The notes beneath the pieces were generated by a model. It worked only from the letters and a program-made list of their open reading frames with translations, did no database searches and was not told the origin of the DNA. Source: a virus (lineage: Duplodnaviria > Caudoviricetes). From it: a stretch of 40,918 nucleotides of DNA. Below are positions 28,077 through 36,973 of the stretch, piece by piece (within the stretch, counting starts at the first letter, position 1; every line of letters begins with the position of its first letter). A program made the translations under genes and the position numbers. The DNA is taken from the IMG/VR virus record IMGVR_UViG_3300048856_000114, positions 1 to 40,918 of that record; one strand, written 5' to 3'.

Positions 28077-28814
28077 ATGACACGGATTATCGTACCAGGC
28101 AGCCTGGAAGTCGGAGCCAACAAGATCTATCCCGTGGTCCCTAATGGGCTGGTCGGTCTTTGGCTATTCGGCCAGACGATGGAGAAGTCCCGGCGCAACC
28201 ATGCTGACAATGGCGTGGATGCACTCGTTGTCGGCGAGCCGGTCCTCACGGATCGGTATATGTCGTTCAAGGGTGGCTCGGACTATCTGATCACTGATGT
28301 GCGTGAAACCAACAGCCTGACGCTGATCGCTGTCGCCCGCACGTCAGAGCCCCTGACCACCAATGCGGCCCGGCCGCATCTCATCAGCAACTTTCTGGGA
28401 TCGACTGGCGGCGCCAGCCTGTCCGTCACCGGCACGCCGAGCGCTGCGCCACAGGCGTATGTGTCTTCTTCGACCTACCGTGATGTAAACGGCGTTCCGA
28501 CGTCCGGCGGCTCTACCGTGACAGTCGAAGCGATCAACACCTGGCGCTTCCTGGCCGGGGTTCATTCTCCGACCATGTCGTCTGTCTACGATCTTAGTGC
28601 AGGCGTGGAAGATGTTGATGCGAGGACCGGAACGCGCATCCTGAAGCCGAATGTGCCGTTCCGCATCGGGTCGTCGGAAGGAACGCAGTTCCTCGGCGCC
28701 TGCGATATCGCCTTCGCAATGATTTACAACCGGGCCTTGGCAAAGATCGAGCTGGAAGCGCTACGCGCGCAGTTCGCGCAGTTCCTACTCGATACCCGCA
28801 GCATCGCTAGTTAA
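28077..28814 (+). CDS. Concanavalin A/LamG-like protein, putative receptor-binding accessory
   Basis: WRFLAGVH...FRIG...IAFAMIYNRAL pattern. Confidence 0.7.
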   Translation: MTRIIVPGSLEVGANKIYPVVPNGLVGLWLFGQTMEKSRRNHADNGVDALVVGEPVLTDRYMSFKGGSDYLITDVRETNSLTLIAVARTSEPLTTNAARPHLISNFLGSTGGASLSVTGTPSAAPQAYVSSSTYRDVNGVPTSGGSTVTVEAINTWRFLAGVHSPTMSSVYDLSAGVEDVDARTGTRILKPNVPFRIGSSEGTQFLGACDIAFAMIYNRALAKIELEALRAQFAQFLLDTRSIAS

Positions 28815-28841
28815 GCACCTGGCGGCGAAGGGAATTACGGT

Positions 28842-29108
28842 ATGACCAGCAACGCCGACCTACCTCAGGATCTCATCCTAGCGCGTGAACGCACGCAAGA
28901 TGCTCGCCAAAAAGCAGCTCTGACTCAGAGCCGTATCGACCAGCGCAGGACTAAAATAGCGCGGCGTAGGAATGAGATCGCGCAGCTGCGATGCGCGCAT
29001 CAAGACCCGAAAAGCGAACTTTCGGGAGCGGAGGCTATCGTCTTCGATGCCCTGACAGCCCTCGCTTTGTTGGCGGCTATAGCGCCGATGATGAGGTGCT
29101 TCGTCTAA
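28842..29108 (+). CDS. Hypothetical protein
   Basis: 88-aa ORF with coiled coil and hydrophobic tail; weak support. Confidence 0.45.
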   Translation: MTSNADLPQDLILARERTQDARQKAALTQSRIDQRRTKIARRRNEIAQLRCAHQDPKSELSGAEAIVFDALTALALLAAIAPMMRCFV

Positions 29109-29386
29109 TGCGACACATCGCTGCCTAGAGGTCAGAAGGCGCCGGCTCCACTTCAGTCGTCGCCGCAGAACAGGTATCCAGCCTTGATGTTCTGAAGGCC
29201 TGACAAGCCACGCCTTGCACCTGAGAACCAACGCTATCTGAGAAACCTGAAGTCATCCTTACGCTTTTGCAGGACGGCCAGCGTGATCTCGCGGCAGCAA
29301 CGTGACGTCAATCGGTTGCCCGACCCCGTTCTGAAGCTAGCGGCAGTCGCGTCATGATCAGCTTTGACAGAGCGGTCTTTTCTAGA

Positions 29387-29578
29387 CTAGAGCACCTCGG
29401 CCGGGTTCACGTAGACCCCCAACAGTGTCTGATCTTCAACCACGGCGCGGGCGAGTTCCTCCATACTGGCGGCCTCCAGGCAAAGCTCATCTACAGCATC
29501 CGCGATCATCGCGAGCGACTGAGATATCCGCTTGTCGTTGGCCTTCCTCGCGCGGTTAACGGCAACATTCCCAAACAT
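29387..29578 (-). CDS. Hypothetical moron protein
   Basis: MFGNVAVNRARK...; GGAG RBS. Confidence 0.45.
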   Translation of the reverse strand: MFGNVAVNRARKANDKRISQSLAMIADAVDELCLEAASMEELARAVVEDQTLLGVYVNPAEVL

Positions 29579-29667
29579 GGCTTCTCCCTGACACCTTCCC
29601 ATCAGGAGGTTGATCAAGAAGCCGACGGTCGGCAAGGGCCGAGTCCATCATCAAATCGGAGAACACC

Positions 29668-30339
29668 ATGACTAGGCGTATCAACGCAGAGGGGCTTTCG
29701 CTCATCAAAAAGTGGGAAGGCCGGAAGCTCACGGCCTATCGAGATGTCGTCGGCGTGCTGACGATCGGCTACGGTTCAACTGGCTCGCACGTAAAGCTCG
29801 GAATGACCATCACCGAAGCCGAAGCGGAGGCGCTGCTGCGGAAGGACCTTTCCCGCTTTGAGGAGAGAGTGTCGCGCCTCGTGAAGGTGCCGCTCACAGA
29901 CAACCAGTTCGCGGCTCTGGTTTCCTTCGACTTCAACACCGGGGCGATCGACAAGTCCACTCTGCTGAAGAAGCTCAACAAGGGCGACTACAACGCCGTG
30001 CCTTCCGAGCTGATGAAGTGGGTCAATGCTGGCGGCAAGCGCGTGCAGGGCCTCGTCAACCGGCGTGCTGCGGAGGCTGGCCTGTGGGCCAAGGGCGAGT
30101 TCGTCGCATCCAACTTCGTGGACGTTCAGAAGCGGGTGCCGACGAATGAGGTTGCCGCGATCGGAGGCGGCGGCGCGGCGGCTGTGGCGACAACGGCCAG
30201 CCCGGCCATTCCCGAAGTGCTCGACGCCATCACCGGCCAGCAGCAGGAGCTTTCCAGCGGCGACTGGATCCGAATGACCATCGCCGCCGTGATCCTGGGC
30301 CTCACGATTTGGGGTGTCTACCAGAAGGTCAAGAACTGA
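29668..30339 (+). CDS. Endolysin, GH24 lysozyme with C-terminal hydrophobic segments
   Basis: WEG...AYRDVVGVLTIGYG catalytic E-D-T motif; GLVNRRAAE. Confidence 0.95.
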   Translation: MTRRINAEGLSLIKKWEGRKLTAYRDVVGVLTIGYGSTGSHVKLGMTITEAEAEALLRKDLSRFEERVSRLVKVPLTDNQFAALVSFDFNTGAIDKSTLLKKLNKGDYNAVPSELMKWVNAGGKRVQGLVNRRAAEAGLWAKGEFVASNFVDVQKRVPTNEVAAIGGGGAAAVATTASPAIPEVLDAITGQQQELSSGDWIRMTIAAVILGLTIWGVYQKVKN

Positions 30340-30620
30340 TGTTCTGCCTACTGGATGCGCTCAAGATCGGCGTCGGTGCTGCCGCTGGCTTCGTCCTCTG
30401 CCTGACGCTGAACGCTCTCTTGTGGCTGCCTGAAGCCGAAAGAGAAGCAAGGGCGCAGGAGCGAGCAACCCTTCAGGCAGCAACCAATACGGCAATCGGA
30501 GAACTCACCAATGAAGCTGACAAAGCTCGCGTGCGTCGTCGCCTCTGCATTGAGCGTGGCGGCCTGTACTCATACGGAACAGGCGTCTGTGGCGAAAGGC
30601 CAGCTGCAGTCAACGGCTAG
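30339..30620 (+). CDS. Inner-membrane spanin (Rz-like)
   Basis: N-terminal TM segment, coiled coil, C-terminal cysteines; follows the endolysin. Confidence 0.7.
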   Translation: MFCLLDALKIGVGAAAGFVLCLTLNALLWLPEAEREARAQERATLQAATNTAIGELTNEADKARVRRRLCIERGGLYSYGTGVCGERPAAVNG

Positions 30621-30765
30621 GTCGATCGTCGGCACTTCGCTCATCGGGGCGAGAGGAGCGACACCGCGCGATCAGGACAAGATCGACGATACCGTCGCCG
30701 GTCTTTGCGGGGCGAAAGCATGGAGCGCGGAAGAGTGCGCCGCTCATGATGAGGCTGTCCGGTAA
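30511..30765 (+). CDS. Outer-membrane spanin lipoprotein (Rz1-like)
   Basis: Lipobox SVAAC; overlaps the i-spanin in another frame. Confidence 0.7.
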   Translation: MKLTKLACVVASALSVAACTHTEQASVAKGQLQSTARSIVGTSLIGARGATPRDQDKIDDTVAGLCGAKAWSAEECAAHDEAVR

Positions 30766-30813
30766 GTTGCCGGGCCAGGCACAAGCTGATTGACATTATG
30801 AAGAGGCGAAGAC

Positions 30814-31062
30814 GTGCCTGAACGAATTGATCTCCTAGTGCAGGACGTGCAGTCCCACAGCAAATCCATCTCCGAACTGACAGCCAGGATGGCCGGCTAT
30901 GAAAAGCTTATCGCGGTTAGAGAAGTTGAGGATAAATACCTTGAACAGCGACTTGCCCGCATCGAGCGCATTGGGTGGGCCATACTGTTTGCCTTCATCT
31001 CCGTCTTCATCGCAGCCTCTGCCAACTTCATCGTCAGCGGGGGCCTCTCCATTGCGAAGTAA
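30814..31062 (+). CDS. Holin-like membrane protein
   Basis: Coiled coil plus one C-terminal TM segment, in the lysis cassette. Confidence 0.55.
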   Translation: MPERIDLLVQDVQSHSKSISELTARMAGYEKLIAVREVEDKYLEQRLARIERIGWAILFAFISVFIAASANFIVSGGLSIAK

Positions 31063-31504
31063 GATCGCCTCTCTGACCTTGGGTCTCGTCTATGCGCTGT
31101 GCTGGATGATCGGGATCGGGGGTATGGTCTTCACGCTGTTCACCGTTGGCCCTTCGCTTGAGACACGATGGTTCCCGGTGGTGTCAAAGCTCGAGGTGTT
31201 GTCCATCGAGCCATACGGCGAAGGCCAGTCCCTCATCCGTGCCGCGTTCCAGAAGAAAAGGGACTGCGAATATATTGGGGCCGCTTGGTTCGTCGGGGAT
31301 CGTGCCACCGAATTTGAGCGCGTGTCTCTGGTCCTCATGAGATCGGAAGGCGACACATCCAGCCCGAACCGTCCGCTTGGTTATCAGAGGGCGGGGCCGT
31401 GGATTGTCGGAGTTCCTCCATACGAGCTACGAAACAGGTCCTTCGCGACCTTGACCCACAGATGCCATCCGTTTTGGAACAGCGTCACCAATTTCTTCCC
31501 CTAA
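31052..31504 (+). CDS. Membrane-anchored hypothetical protein at the end of the lysis cassette
   Basis: Likely TTG start at 31052; N-terminal TM segment. Confidence 0.65.
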   Translation: MRSKIASLTLGLVYALCWMIGIGGMVFTLFTVGPSLETRWFPVVSKLEVLSIEPYGEGQSLIRAAFQKKRDCEYIGAAWFVGDRATEFERVSLVLMRSEGDTSSPNRPLGYQRAGPWIVGVPPYELRNRSFATLTHRCHPFWNSVTNFFP

Positions 31505-31683
31505 ACTTCGGGATCATCGGTAGCCTCGCATGGATCAACTACACGCAGCGGTGGCTCCTCACGCTTGAGCTTGCGTATCTCAATCAAGTGATTGGCTAGA
31601 GCTTCTCGGAAGCGTTGCCGATCCCGGCGAGTTACGGCTGCTATGAGAGCGCGACGAAGTTTGGGGTGAACTGTGGCATGCAT
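31501..31683 (-). CDS. Hypothetical protein
   Basis: 60-aa ORF converging on the late operon. Confidence 0.4.
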   Translation of the reverse strand: MHATVHPKLRRALIAAVTRRDRQRFREALANHLIEIRKLKREEPPLRVVDPCEATDDPEV

Positions 31684-32044
31684 GCGTATCGCGACGTCCT
31701 GAGTGGGCTACCAGCCGAAGCTGGGCGGGCATCAACTCCGAACTCAGGATTTAGTTGCTTTGTCTCTTCCCACTTCCGGAATTGCTCAGCGCCTCATGTG
31801 GGTAGCAGTAAGCAGGCTGGGGTTGACGGGGCTGCGGGAAGTATTGCTCGTGCAGCTTCCTCTCGCCGTACAAGACCTCAAGGTTGTTGGTCTTGCAGAC
31901 CGTTACCCAGCGCCCCCTCACGTAAAGAATTGGCGAATCCCTTTTCTTTGTCGTGAAAAGCTACTTGGTCTTTGTTGAAGAAGTTCAGCTTCGGGTAAGT
32001 ATGTGTACGCTAACGTACAATCTGCTTATCTAACGGGGGTTGAT

Positions 32045-32200
32045 ATGGCCGTAGCGAATGACAACAAACGTGAGGCGCCTGAGGCGGAGGCGCTTTCGAG
32101 CGAGCGCATCAAAGAGATGTCTGACACACTAAGGAGTGCCCGAGAGAGCTTCACGGCCCTTCAAGACGTTCTGCGACGCATGAAGGAAACACTCAGCTAG
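32045..32200 (+). CDS. Small hypothetical protein (MAVANDN...)
   Basis: GGGGG RBS; helical. Confidence 0.55.
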   Translation: MAVANDNKREAPEAEALSSERIKEMSDTLRSARESFTALQDVLRRMKETLS

Positions 32201-32513
32201 CATCCGCCCGCCGTGCATCCCGAAGTGGCATGCCGATGATCTGCTCCGGTCCCACGGGTGTGTCAGGACGATTGCCTAAGAGCTGACCCATGACTTGGCC
32301 CTCAAGCGAAAGTCGTCCTGCGTTGATGACGTTCCTCGTGACATGGCCGCGGACGATTGCATGCCCGCCCTCATGGATATGAAGATCGCCGTCCAGATGC
32401 CCGTGCACAGTTAGAACAGCTCCGCGTCCTACGTGCACGTCTCCGCGCACGAGGTTCCAGAACTCCTCATCCCTGCTTACAAGAAAGCGAACTCTCAGAT
32501 CTGTCATATCCAT
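32193..32513 (-). CDS. Bactofilin / polymer-forming cytoskeletal-like beta-helix protein
   Basis: Repeating VRGDVHV..GAVLTVHGHLDGDLHI..GGHAIVRGHV pattern; GAGGTG RBS. Confidence 0.7.
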   Translation of the reverse strand: MDMTDLRVRFLVSRDEEFWNLVRGDVHVGRGAVLTVHGHLDGDLHIHEGGHAIVRGHVTRNVINAGRLSLEGQVMGQLLGNRPDTPVGPEQIIGMPLRDARRADAS

Positions 32514-32525
32514 CTCACCTCATGG

Positions 32526-32601
32526 TGGTGCCTCCGCCGAGGAGTTGAACCTGGATCTGCTACAAACGAAGTAGCTGCTCTGGCATTGAGCTACGAGAGG
32601 C
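32526..32601 (-). tRNA. Atypical tRNA-Thr(CGT)-like element
   Basis: GCCTCTCG TA GCTC AATGCCA GAGC A GCTAC TTCGTTT GTAGC AGAT CCAGG TTCAACT CCTCGG CGGAGGC A CCA; cloverleaf with bulges, no D-loop GG, U at position 37. Confidence 0.7.
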
Positions 32602-32681
32602 ATGTGGTTGTAACATCGGCCTCAAATGTCGATCTGCAAGGGGCATCGCCATGTATGGTTAAAGCCAGCGAGGTTCGCCAC

Positions 32682-32720
32682 AAAACAGCGCCCTCCACCG
32701 TGAGGCAGGGGGCGCTTTTG
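32682..32720. terminator. Rho-independent terminator-like hairpin
   Basis: AAAACAGCGCCCTCCACC-GTGA-GGCAGGGGGCGCTTTTG. Confidence 0.65.
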
Positions 32721-32776
32721 CGTTCGGGGGTTCGCAGGGGTTGGCCTTACATCCTAGCGCACTAGTTTAGGAGCCA

Positions 32777-32938
32777 TGACCGAGGAACCAAAACTTAGGA
32801 CTGCGGAGCGCAAACGGCTTGCTCACGAGCAGACTACCGCGTTCGCCAAGCGCGCCGGTCAGCTTGAGAAGAAACTTCGGGATGAGAAGACGGAGCGCCT
32901 ACGGGCTCTGAGACTGGCGAGCGTCAAGGGATCTAGCT
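32777..32938 (+). CDS. Small hypothetical protein (…DEKTERLRALRLA…)
   Basis: AGGAG RBS; 53 aa, below the ORF-track cutoff. Confidence 0.6.
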
Positions 32939-33073
32939 GACAGCCTCCGCCTCAATGCTGCACCTCCCATTCGACGCATGTCCTTAGACTTGCCTGAGGC
33001 TTAAGCCCTTGCCCCCTCCGACTTTGAAACTTGAGGTTCAGGTCGTGCTATCGCTAGTCAAGGGATAGCAGCT

Positions 33074-33319
33074 TCAGTGGATGTTGAGATCATCAAGCCT
33101 GATTATCGGCATGCTGTTATCCGCGGCCGCCCGGATCTTTGCGTTCGTCAGGGCGGATCTTCGCAGAACGTCTTCAGAGTCTTGAATGGATTTGTATGTG
33201 TCCTCACTCATCCGGAAACGCCCGCATGTTGGACAGGCGAACTCCAGATAATCGCGGTCGCCAGGAACCTCTTCTGCGGGCTCACCACTGATAGGGCAAG
33301 AGACATCATCGTTGTTCAT
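33074..33319 (-). CDS. Small Cys-containing protein (CPIS...CPTC), possible zinc ribbon
   Basis: 81 aa, AGGAG RBS. Confidence 0.6.
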   Translation of the reverse strand: MNNDDVSCPISGEPAEEVPGDRDYLEFACPTCGRFRMSEDTYKSIQDSEDVLRRSALTNAKIRAAADNSMPIIRLDDLNIH

Positions 33320-33391
33320 CGCGTCTCCTAGGCGGCCTTGGCCTCTATTGGGAAGGAAGCGCCGCGGACATGATGCGGCGCCTGCTAACGG

Positions 33392-33616
33392 TCAGCGGCG
33401 GATTGTGGTGGTTGTGTCGTCGCGACGATGCCTTTTCAGTCCTGCCAGGCCAAGCAGGCCAAGCAAGCCAAGCCAGCCCAGGTCAAACCCGTCGTCATCG
33501 TCCGACGCGGCAGCATTATCTGTCGCTGCAGGCGGAGTGGCCTGGGTCTGGGCGATTGCTGGGGCAGCGAAACTAATAAGGCATGCGGTGCCTAAGGCGA
33601 GTAGCATGTTGTGCAT
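33392..33616 (-). CDS. WGxxGxxG/MYXO-CTERM-type exported small protein
   Basis: Signal peptide; DDDDGFDLGWLGLLGLLGLAGLKR. Confidence 0.85.
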   Translation of the reverse strand: MHNMLLALGTACLISFAAPAIAQTQATPPAATDNAAASDDDDGFDLGWLGLLGLLGLAGLKRHRRDDTTTTIRR

Positions 33617-33725
33617 GGGTTTCTCCCTGTTTGCAGGCTAAGAACCATCGGTAGACGCAAAGGTTGCATGGGACCAAAGTCCGATAGGAGATCAATCCCA
33701 TGGAATGACCCAGCCGAGCATAGCG

Positions 33726-33848
33726 TCAGTGCGTCAATATGCCGGCCTCTTCAGCTGCTTTGAGGAAGGCCGCATACGCGTCGTCGCTAGTTGCTTTGCA
33801 TGATGAAGCCTCAAGACAAACCCGGCACGCCTTGGCGTGCCAGCATCC
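33726..33848 (-). pseudogene. DUF982-family 3' fragment
   Basis: HAKACRVCLEASSCKATSDDAYAAFLKAAEEAGILTH* with an in-frame stop just upstream and no start. Confidence 0.6.
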
Positions 33849-33912
33849 TCATGTCGTACCCCGGGAAGAACTTGCCTAAGGGGAGAGGGTTCGCCGACCC
33901 TCCATAGACACT

Positions 33913-33944
33913 GAGAAGCGCACGCTCCCCAACGTGCGCTTCTC
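33913..33944. other. Perfect 12-bp inverted repeat
   Basis: GAGAAGCGCACG-CTCCCCAA-CGTGCGCTTCTC. Confidence 0.7.
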
Positions 33945-34245
33945 GACAGACGAGGCTCTATCGCTACTCGGCTTTACTCCTTGACACCTGAGCTTATGTC
34001 GAGGCGAGACAACACGGCCCTAAGAGGTATGGACATCAGAGCCCATATGCGAGGCCAGCTATCGATGGGGGGATCGAGACGCTGGCCTCTCCCGCAGGGG
34101 GACCTCACAGGCTGCGGTGATCGCGTCGAAAGCTGAGCACAGATGCAATGAGGCAGGTCGGCAACCCTTCTCATATGCACAGGGGCTTCGGCCGGCGGAT
34201 TCGCTCAGTTCGACTGGATGATCCGATCATGTGCTTGGCGAGCCG

Positions 34246-34509
34246 CTAGTGTGCAGTTGGTGTTTCTTTCGCCTGTTCAGTCGACGAACGAACGGCGGCA
34301 TCGTCACCAGGGTGATTTTTGTCTTTGCCAGGATTTTGATGAGGTTGCTTGCTGATGTCGGTATAACCTGTGCCATCACCTCTTCCGGGGGATGGCGTGG
34401 GCTTAGTGTTCAAGCCGAGGCGGGACATGGAAAGATCGATCCAGCCTTTGACCTGTCTCATCACGGGGGCGGTCATGAGATTCTCCTTCGAGAAATTAGC
34501 GTCTCCCAA
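34246..34509 (-). CDS. Hypothetical, probably disordered small protein
   Basis: ORF with an AAGGAG RBS before the internal ATG at 34476. Confidence 0.45.
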   Translation of the reverse strand: MGDANFSKENLMTAPVMRQVKGWIDLSMSRLGLNTKPTPSPGRGDGTGYTDISKQPHQNPGKDKNHPGDDAAVRSSTEQAKETPTAH

Positions 34510-34663
34510 TACACAGCGCGCTTCTTCCCCCGGGAAAGCAACAACAATCGTATAAACCCTAAAGTTATTATTTTTGCATGCGCTTAAGTCTGGCTCTTAT
34601 TACTGCACGTGTTCAACAGCCGGGGGCGTGCATCATGCTCAAATCTTCTGCGGAAGTGCGGTG

Positions 34664-34918
34664 TTACACCGCGGGGTGACCCTTCTTCGACGCTTCCACC
34701 AGTGTGACAACGTCGCCTACCGTTACCAATCTATCTGCATCCTTGTCCGAGATCTCAATGCCGAAGACCGCTTCGACTTCCATCACAGCTTGAGTGACTT
34801 CAAGGGAGTCTGCGGCAATTTCCTCAAAGAGGGTATTGTCGCTGATCTTGCCAGGATCCGCCCCCAGGATATCAACGAAAATGGCAGTCAGGCGTGAGCG
34901 AATTTCCTCTGGATGCAT
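34664..34918 (-). CDS. Acyl carrier protein
   Basis: 84 aa, acidic; ADSLE phosphopantetheine site; FGIEISDKDA...TVGD. Confidence 0.9.
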   Translation of the reverse strand: MHPEEIRSRLTAIFVDILGADPGKISDNTLFEEIAADSLEVTQAVMEVEAVFGIEISDKDADRLVTVGDVVTLVEASKKGHPAV

Positions 34919-35336
34919 GAGTTGTCCTCGCAGGAGCGAGAGCATAAAGCATCTCCCAGTCACCGCCTGCTCGATTTGCACGATGATAGGTTCAGGCTAT
35001 CGCGTTTGCCTAATGTGGTCCAGTCGCTGGACGGTACGGTTTCGCCAGTCACTACAGGTGAGCGGGGCTGAGCCTCTGGACCTTAGGGGCAGGGGTAGAT
35101 CAGCGTTAAGATCTGGAGACGGTGCTTGTCGTCGGCGTCATCCGCCAAAGCATAGCTCTCGATGTGGCTTTCGACGCATGACAGCCGAACATCGTGATAT
35201 CTGCGGATCATGAACGTCACGAGGGCTGAGCTCAGGGGGCGAACTCACTCTTGCTGACGCGAGGTGAACGCCCTCGTGAAAGCGCGTCAGGGCGCGAGTG
35301 AACCTTTGGCCCGAGCGAGGCGTCGGGGCGCCCCAC

Positions 35337-35645
35337 CTAATCCTTTGGCTCCGTTCCTGTATGGCGGACAGCCAGGAGATCTCTAATCATTTCGGCTGCA
35401 TCGAGCAGGGCCGCCTGGCTTTGCTCATCTGACGCACTACCCTCTCTTAGAGAAGCTGCCGCCTGTTCTAGTCCCTCAACAGCATCCACGACATTCGGGC
35501 TGGGCCACCGTTGGATTTCGTCCCGTAGATCCCGTATCGTGAGGGCCGCGCGTTCCAGAAGGCGCTGCCTCTCCTGATCGGTTACCTTGGCGATCTCGTT
35601 TGCGGCTCGGACAAGTTCTTGGACAAAGCTGTTCGTCTGACTCAT
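35337..35645 (-). CDS. Helical hypothetical protein
   Basis: 102 aa, GGAG RBS; internal repeat LLERAALTIRDL / LLDAAEMIRDL. Confidence 0.7.
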   Translation of the reverse strand: MSQTNSFVQELVRAANEIAKVTDQERQRLLERAALTIRDLRDEIQRWPSPNVVDAVEGLEQAAASLREGSASDEQSQAALLDAAEMIRDLLAVRHTGTEPKD

Positions 35646-35843
35646 GCATTGATCTCCCAGTCAACCATCCAGATGGCAGCCGGGAGCCGCAGGTCAATAG
35701 AAGCGAATGCCGGTCATGAAACTTCCTTGGTGATGATGGGCAGAGCTATATGTGCGAGCAGCCGAGCCGTTGGTTGCTGCAGGAGATCGCGAACGCCTGC
35801 GGCGAATTCGACCTGAAGGGGAAGAGGAGCTTCGCTGCTTAGG

Positions 35844-36224
35844 TCACCGATAGGTGGTCACAGCGTGCTTGCCGATCTCAATCCACAAGCGGCGGCCCCC
35901 CTTAGCGTTTGCGAACTCCCACTCGAGCTTAATGATGTCTAGGCAGTGATCGATACGCTTGGATGCCATAACAGGTCCGCACGCGCACATGATGAGATTG
36001 AGGTTTTTGAATCGCTCGTCCGTTGTGCCAAAGCGCTTTGACAGTTGCTTCATGTCCCCGTCGACCGCAATGAGGATGGCGTCGTTCTTCATTGCGGTCT
36101 GGCAAACTACTGGGTCTTTTACACCCTGTTCCAAGGCCTGGCGGTGATAAATGACGTCATGGCCAGCGGCGGCCAGAGTTGCGCCTACAGAATCGGGCAC
36201 ACTCTCATCAAGAAAAAACCGCAA
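35844..36224 (-). CDS. PIN-like domain toxin (DUF5615 / VapC45-like)
   Basis: RFFLDESVP...AGHDV...DPVV...LIAVDGD acidic PIN motif; downstream of the DUF433 gene. Confidence 0.85.
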   Translation of the reverse strand: MRFFLDESVPDSVGATLAAAGHDVIYHRQALEQGVKDPVVCQTAMKNDAILIAVDGDMKQLSKRFGTTDERFKNLNLIMCACGPVMASKRIDHCLDIIKLEWEFANAKGGRRLWIEIGKHAVTTYR

Positions 36225-36242
36225 CTGCGCCCTCGTGGCTGA

Positions 36243-36884
36243 TCAAGCTGCGGCTCCAAAATCAAGCGCTGCCTTAATGTCTTCTGTAGTTAAAGTTGGG
36301 TATTCTTTCCGAATCTGGTCTACGGTGTACCCAGCCTCCCAGAACTCCTTGATCGCCTCAACTGGTATTCTAGTGCCTGAGACAACCGGCCTGACTTTCT
36401 TCTTGCCCCGGTACGTATCTATTTTGCCAACGGCCGATTCATCTCTCGCGCGCATCTTCGCCACGGCTTCAGACATGTTGCCGGCGACAACTTCGAGCGG
36501 AATCTGTAGCACCCCCTGACCCGAAAGAACCTCCTCCTTCGTGTTGCTTTCCGGGTTGTGAAAGACCACCTTCTTGTTGAGGACATACAGCGTGGTCTTT
36601 GCCCACAGATCGTCTCCAAGGTGCGCAAGCTTTTGTTTGACGCTCCTCAGATGCTGCATCGAGACCTGAGATTCGTTACGTAGCTTGTTTAAAACCTTGA
36701 GGCAGACGACGTCCCTGAAGGAGTAAAGCCTAGCAAACGCTTCTCTCCGGTTTTCATATGCGAGGCTTGGTACAAAAAACTTAATCTTATCCCAATGCCT
36801 AAGTTGGTCCACAGTTATGCCGGTGAGCCGGGCGACCTGCTCTTCCGTGAACGCCATAACGATGGTTGTGTTGTCGTGGGTCAT
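36243..36884 (-). CDS. MerR-HTH + DUF433 antitoxin (VapB45-like)
   Basis: FTEEQVARLTGITVDQLRHWD...RLYSFRD; PVVSGTRIPV...IRKEYPTLT.EDIKAAL. Confidence 0.9.
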   Translation of the reverse strand: MTHDNTTIVMAFTEEQVARLTGITVDQLRHWDKIKFFVPSLAYENRREAFARLYSFRDVVCLKVLNKLRNESQVSMQHLRSVKQKLAHLGDDLWAKTTLYVLNKKVVFHNPESNTKEEVLSGQGVLQIPLEVVAGNMSEAVAKMRARDESAVGKIDTYRGKKKVRPVVSGTRIPVEAIKEFWEAGYTVDQIRKEYPTLTTEDIKAALDFGAAA

Positions 36885-36973
36885 GATTGGAATGTAGGTT
36901 TTTTGTATCTAGAGAACACTAATATCTTGGGCGGAACTGTCTCCAACCGATCAAATATTGTTGCACATTTCGA

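Noticed and set aside
9727-28123. Many long antisense or alternate-frame ORFs over structural genes (e.g. 12832-13746, 15388-16356, 22991-24172, 26648-27601)
   Set aside because: Shadow ORFs expected from high-GC codon bias; they overlap well-supported genes and show no motifs.
1-31504. Classification as a capsid-forming PICI or gene transfer agent
   Set aside because: A full tail and lysis cassette are present (not cf-PICI). Integrase, replication gene and HNH/cos packaging are present (not GTA).
31615-31990. ORFs 31615-31956 and 31703-31978 and a possible broken minus-strand gene
   Set aside because: No RBS, motif or codon support strong enough to call.
35254-35282. Hammerhead ribozyme (CTGA...GAAA)
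   Set aside because: The core reads CTGACGC rather than CUGANGA, and the stems do not match hammerhead topology.
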